64,000 nt of DNA from Patescibacteria group bacterium (GTDB lineage Bacteria; Patescibacteriota; Minisyncoccia; UBA6257; 2-01-FULL-56-20). This document shows, piece after piece, positions 61,139 through 64,000 of the stretch (its first letter is position 1; the number at the start of each line of letters is the position of its first letter). The notes beneath the pieces were generated by a model. The model did not search any database. It saw nothing but the letters and a program-made list of their open reading frames with translations, and had not been told where the DNA came from. The position numbers were made by a program, and so were the translations under genes. The stretch is from the NCBI GenBank assembly GCA_038063755.1, contig JBBTUL010000012.1:572-64571 (forward strand), read 5' to 3'.

Positions 61139-62288
61139 ACGCCGAAAACAAAGGGTTCTCGAGCGGCCTTGTTTATGTATTCGAGTCGCTGTTTTAACCT
61201 TTACGGCCATTTTGCTTGCCGGAGTTCCGCCGACGAGCTTTGCGACGGATCCGATTGTTGCAACGACGACCGTGACGGTAAGTATTTGCGGAAATGGAGC
61301 TATTGAGTCCGGGGAGGCTTGCGACGACGGCATAAACCCAGGAGGGTATGCGACATCGACCGCGGGGCGAGAGTGTGCGCCTGGATGTACCTCGTTCGGC
61401 CCATATTGCGGCGATCAAGTTCTTCAAGTGCTCTATATGGAACAGTGCGATGACGGAAACAACACATCGGGAGACAGATGTTCGGATGTGTGTGTCATAG
61501 AGAATATTTCTGCGATGGGAGGATCGAGCGGGGGAGCGGGCCCTTTTCCTGGCGGATCGTTCAATCAACCCCAAGCGACAAAGGTGGTGATACAGGGCAA
61601 GGCATACCCCGATGCAAACGTGAGCATCTTGAAGGATGGAACCGCCATCGGAGTTGTTCGCGCAAATGCTCAGGCTGATTTCTACTTCGCCTCGCCGGAA
61701 ATATCCCCAGGAGTGACTACGTTCGGATTTTGGGCAGAAGACAACAAGGGACTTCGATCAATTGCTCTTACGACAACGCTTACGGTTACCGCGAACGCAA
61801 TAACTACCATTTCGGGAGCATTTCTTCCTCCGACAATAAACATCGACAAGCGGAGTGTTAAAAAAGGCGAGGTATTAAATATTTCCGGACAATCCGCTCC
61901 ACTCGTGAGCGTTGTGGCGCACGTAAACTCAGAAACAAAAATAACCGAGGAAGTAAAGACAAACACTCAAGGTGAGTGGAAGGTGCCATTCGACACGGCG
62001 CCGCTTTCCGAAGAAGAGTTTCATAGCGCGAAAGCACAATTCAGGACCGTAAGCGAAGGGAATATAATTTCGAGCGCATTTAGCCAAACACTAAGCTTCT
62101 ACGTTGGCGTTAAGGGGGAGGGGAGGGCGTTTGTTGCGGACTTAAACCAAGACAAGAAGGTAAATCTTGTCGACTTTTCGATCCTCCTGTTTTATTGGGG
62201 GACGGCAACGCCGCTTGCGGATTTAAACCAAGACAAGAAGGTAAATCTCACCGACGTGTCGATATTATTGTTTTACTGGACTGGATAA
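61119..62288 (+). CDS. secreted protein with Cys-rich CGxG...CDDGN repeats and C-terminal tandem dockerin-type repeats
   Basis: CGNGAIESGEACDDGINPG and CGDQVLQVLYMEQCDDGNNTSGDRCSDVC are a Myxococcus-type Cys-rich repeat pattern. The C-terminus has two repeats of ADLNQDKKVNL(V/T)D(F/V)SILLFYW. Paralogous to the 45885 protein. Confidence 0.55.
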   Translation: MSELGNKRRKQRVLERPCLCIRVAVLTFTAILLAGVPPTSFATDPIVATTTVTVSICGNGAIESGEACDDGINPGGYATSTAGRECAPGCTSFGPYCGDQVLQVLYMEQCDDGNNTSGDRCSDVCVIENISAMGGSSGGAGPFPGGSFNQPQATKVVIQGKAYPDANVSILKDGTAIGVVRANAQADFYFASPEISPGVTTFGFWAEDNKGLRSIALTTTLTVTANAITTISGAFLPPTINIDKRSVKKGEVLNISGQSAPLVSVVAHVNSETKITEEVKTNTQGEWKVPFDTAPLSEEEFHSAKAQFRTVSEGNIISSAFSQTLSFYVGVKGEGRAFVADLNQDKKVNLVDFSILLFYWGTATPLADLNQDKKVNLTDVSILLFYWTG

Positions 62289-62326
62289 GGACGAATTGAG
62301 CTTTTCTTCATATTTAATGTGTTAAT

Positions 62327-63307
62327 ATGAACAATATACTTATGAGAAGTTCATTCTACGGTCTTCTTGTCGGCTTCCTCGTCCTACTTGCGGCGTCTCC
62401 TGCCGCGTATGCAGCAAAGCTTTACCTTTCTCCTGCGGATGGAGTTTTTGCGCAAGGGGAAGCATTTAAGGTGCAGATTCGGGTTGATAACGAAAAAGAA
62501 TGCGTGAATGCGGCACAGGTAAATCTTTCATACGACAAATCATTGCTCGAGGTTCTCGATGTTTCTCGAGGCGATTCGATATTTACCTTGTGGGTGAGCG
62601 ACCCGTTTATCAATCCGAAGTTTGGAACCATATCTTTTTCCGGAGGGATCCCTGGCGGTTACTGTGGACGAGTTTCCGGTGATCCAAGTCTTACGAACAC
62701 GATCGCAACGGTGGTGCTTCGATTCGCTTCTTTGCCCGATGGAATAGGGGCTTCTCCGTCGGCAGCGGTTGGTTTTCTCGGGGGGACCGAAGTTTTGTTA
62801 AACGATGGACTAGGGACGCCGGCAAAGCTGTCTCTCGAGGGGGCATCATTTACAACAAAGAAGGGAGACGGCGCTTCTCGAAATCAGTGGATCGACGAAA
62901 TCAAGAAAGACAAAGTTCCGCCAGAACCATTTTCGGTAGAAGTACACCAAGACGAAGCGCTTTTCGGGGGAGGCCACTTTATAGTTTTCTCAACCCTTGA
63001 TAAGCAAAGCGGGATCGATCATTACGAAGTGATAGAGTCCGATGCCCAGGGGTTTGATCAGGGAGGGTTCAGAAAAGCAAAATGGCGCCGTGTTACCAGC
63101 CCCTATCTTTTGAAAGATCAGGAGGTGAGAAGTTTAATTAAAGTTCGGGCGCTTGATAAGGCTGGGAATGAAAGAATAGGAGAATTTGTTCCAGAAAACG
63201 TCCGTCAGGCACCATTCAAGACAAAATCATTCTTCTGGACGACAGCGGCCCTCGTGATAAGCGCACTTGCCGCGTTCTTCCGCATATTCATTTTAAAGAA
63301 GCTCTAA
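62327..63307 (+). CDS. membrane-anchored protein with N-terminal cohesin-like domain (second scaffold paralog)
   Basis: Signal peptide. AFKVQIRVDNEKECVNAAQVNLSYDKSLLEVLDVS...ATVVLRFASLPDG is a cohesin-like signature. Shares the SGIDHYEV...RALDKAGN module and has a C-terminal TM (FFWTTAALVISALAAFF). Confidence 0.55.
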   Translation: MNNILMRSSFYGLLVGFLVLLAASPAAYAAKLYLSPADGVFAQGEAFKVQIRVDNEKECVNAAQVNLSYDKSLLEVLDVSRGDSIFTLWVSDPFINPKFGTISFSGGIPGGYCGRVSGDPSLTNTIATVVLRFASLPDGIGASPSAAVGFLGGTEVLLNDGLGTPAKLSLEGASFTTKKGDGASRNQWIDEIKKDKVPPEPFSVEVHQDEALFGGGHFIVFSTLDKQSGIDHYEVIESDAQGFDQGGFRKAKWRRVTSPYLLKDQEVRSLIKVRALDKAGNERIGEFVPENVRQAPFKTKSFFWTTAALVISALAAFFRIFILKKL

Positions 63308-63317
63308 CACTCTCCCC

Positions 63318-64000
63318 TTAGGCTTGCTTGCGTTCTCCAAGGTGAGTGTAGTACCACCGTTTTACCAACTCGGTTGTAATGAAGTAGGCAACAACGATTC
63401 CGATGGCCACGAGGAAGAGGTGGAGAGGAGGCTTTCCAAAAGAGAACAATACGCTGCCCCACGGCGAAAGGGGAAGAAGTATTGCAAGAATAGCCATGAA
63501 GCCGGTAAGGGCGAAAACGGTTACGCTTGGCATGGTTGAGCGGAAAAACCAGCGCGATGTTCGAATTGAGAAAAGAAGAGCGAGCTCGGTGAGTACGCTT
63601 CCCACGAACCAAAGCGCTTGTAGATTCGATTCTCCGTAACGGACGAATATGCCGAAAAACGAGAAATCGAAGAGCGTGCTTATGAGGCCAAGAGTGATTG
63701 CAAGAAAGGCGATTTCTTTAACGTTATATTTTTTTGGAGTAAGCAATTCTTCCTCGTCTACGTGGTCGGTTGATATGCTGAGCATTGGGAAGTCTGACAG
63801 GAGATTTAAAAGCAGTATTTGGACCGGAAGCATGGGGAGGTAGTCAACCACAAGAGACGCAAAAGCGAGCGCATAGAAGTTTCCGAAGTTGGAAGCGAGG
63901 GTCGCTTTGATGTAGGTGGTAGTATTTGCGAAAACACGACGTCCCTCTCTGATTCCGTCGATTATTACCTCAAGGCTTTTGTTGAGAAGGATAATGTCAG
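63318..64000 (-). CDS. P-type cation-transporting ATPase, C-terminal part (gene continues beyond window end)
   Basis: The frame is open to nt 64000. Upstream translation reads ...DGIREGRRVFANTTTYIKATLASNFGNFYALAFASLVVDYLPMLPVQILLLNLLSD, the conserved TM5-TM6 region of P-type ATPases (cf. [22 protein letters not shown]...LPLQILWVNLVTD). Confidence 0.7.
   Translation of the reverse strand, partial: DIILLNKSLEVIIDGIREGRRVFANTTTYIKATLASNFGNFYALAFASLVVDYLPMLPVQILLLNLLSDFPMLSISTDHVDEEELLTPKKYNVKEIAFLAITLGLISTLFDFSFFGIFVRYGESNLQALWFVGSVLTELALLFSIRTSRWFFRSTMPSVTVFALTGFMAILAILLPLSPWGSVLFSFGKPPLHLFLVAIGIVVAYFITTELVKRWYYTHLGERKQA

Noticed and set aside
1-64000. CRISPR arrays, rRNA genes, transposases, integrases or phage structural genes
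   Set aside because: Visual scanning found no regularly spaced direct repeats with unique spacers, no rRNA-like segments, and no recognisable IS/transposase or integrase ORFs. The only tRNA found is tRNA-Arg at 23594.

Overview
This 64 kb window looks like a small-genome, moderately AT-rich bacterium. The gene content (lamin-tail-domain protein, PolX, a compact MurE, a standalone 5'-3' exonuclease, an orphan PilB-type ATPase and a very large share of secreted or anchored surface proteins) suggests a CPR/Patescibacteria-like organism, but that is an inference. The first ~4 kb is the chromosomal origin neighbourhood: jag-yidC-rnpA-rpmH on the minus strand, then dnaA-dnaN on the plus strand, with DnaA-box-like sites upstream of dnaA and an AT-rich dnaA-dnaN spacer. 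A housekeeping block follows: PBP1A; ruvC, ruvB and ruvA (dispersed, not in an operon); a GspE/PilB ATPase; tsaE; a FEN-type 5'-3' exonuclease; an orphan sensor kinase; holA; rpsT; murE; a beta-CASP RNase; a LOG-like protein; UDG; a ClpB-like AAA+ protein with an odd membrane N-terminus; PolX; Nudix; an MGMT-like protein; and rplT-rpmI-infC. Two short ribosomal genes absent from the ORF track were found by hand: rpmH (2245-2379) and rpmI (31784-31951). A tRNA-Arg(CCG) sits at 23594-23665 directly downstream of a GIY-YIG nuclease ORF, and the pair is bracketed by a 17-nt direct repeat of the tRNA 5' end. Several short, strongly GC-rich inserts (23.7-24.2 kb, 31.0-31.35 kb, 33.1-33.6 kb) carry their own consensus promoters, operators and terminators. 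A ~350 nt GC-rich, highly structured spacer lies between infC and rpmI. It is either an L20-type autoregulatory leader or an RNase P RNA; I cannot decide strand or identity by eye. The most interesting part is a ~28 kb envelope locus (35.0-63.3 kb). It encodes an HTH + transmembrane regulator; three giant Thr/Ser-rich BNR(Asp-box) proteins plus one small protein that all share a C-terminal pilin/WxL-like beta module; four membrane-anchored paralogs carrying CARDB-like N-x-G-N beta-sandwich domains; two membrane-anchored cohesin-domain proteins; two secreted proteins with C-terminal tandem dockerin repeats; a MacB/FtsX-type ABC exporter with a long extra C-terminal domain; Fn3 and PD40-like beta-propeller secreted proteins; and a recurring TGTGGATAACTT promoter-proximal motif. 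The window ends inside a P-type ATPase gene on the minus strand. No CRISPR array, rRNA or transposase was seen.
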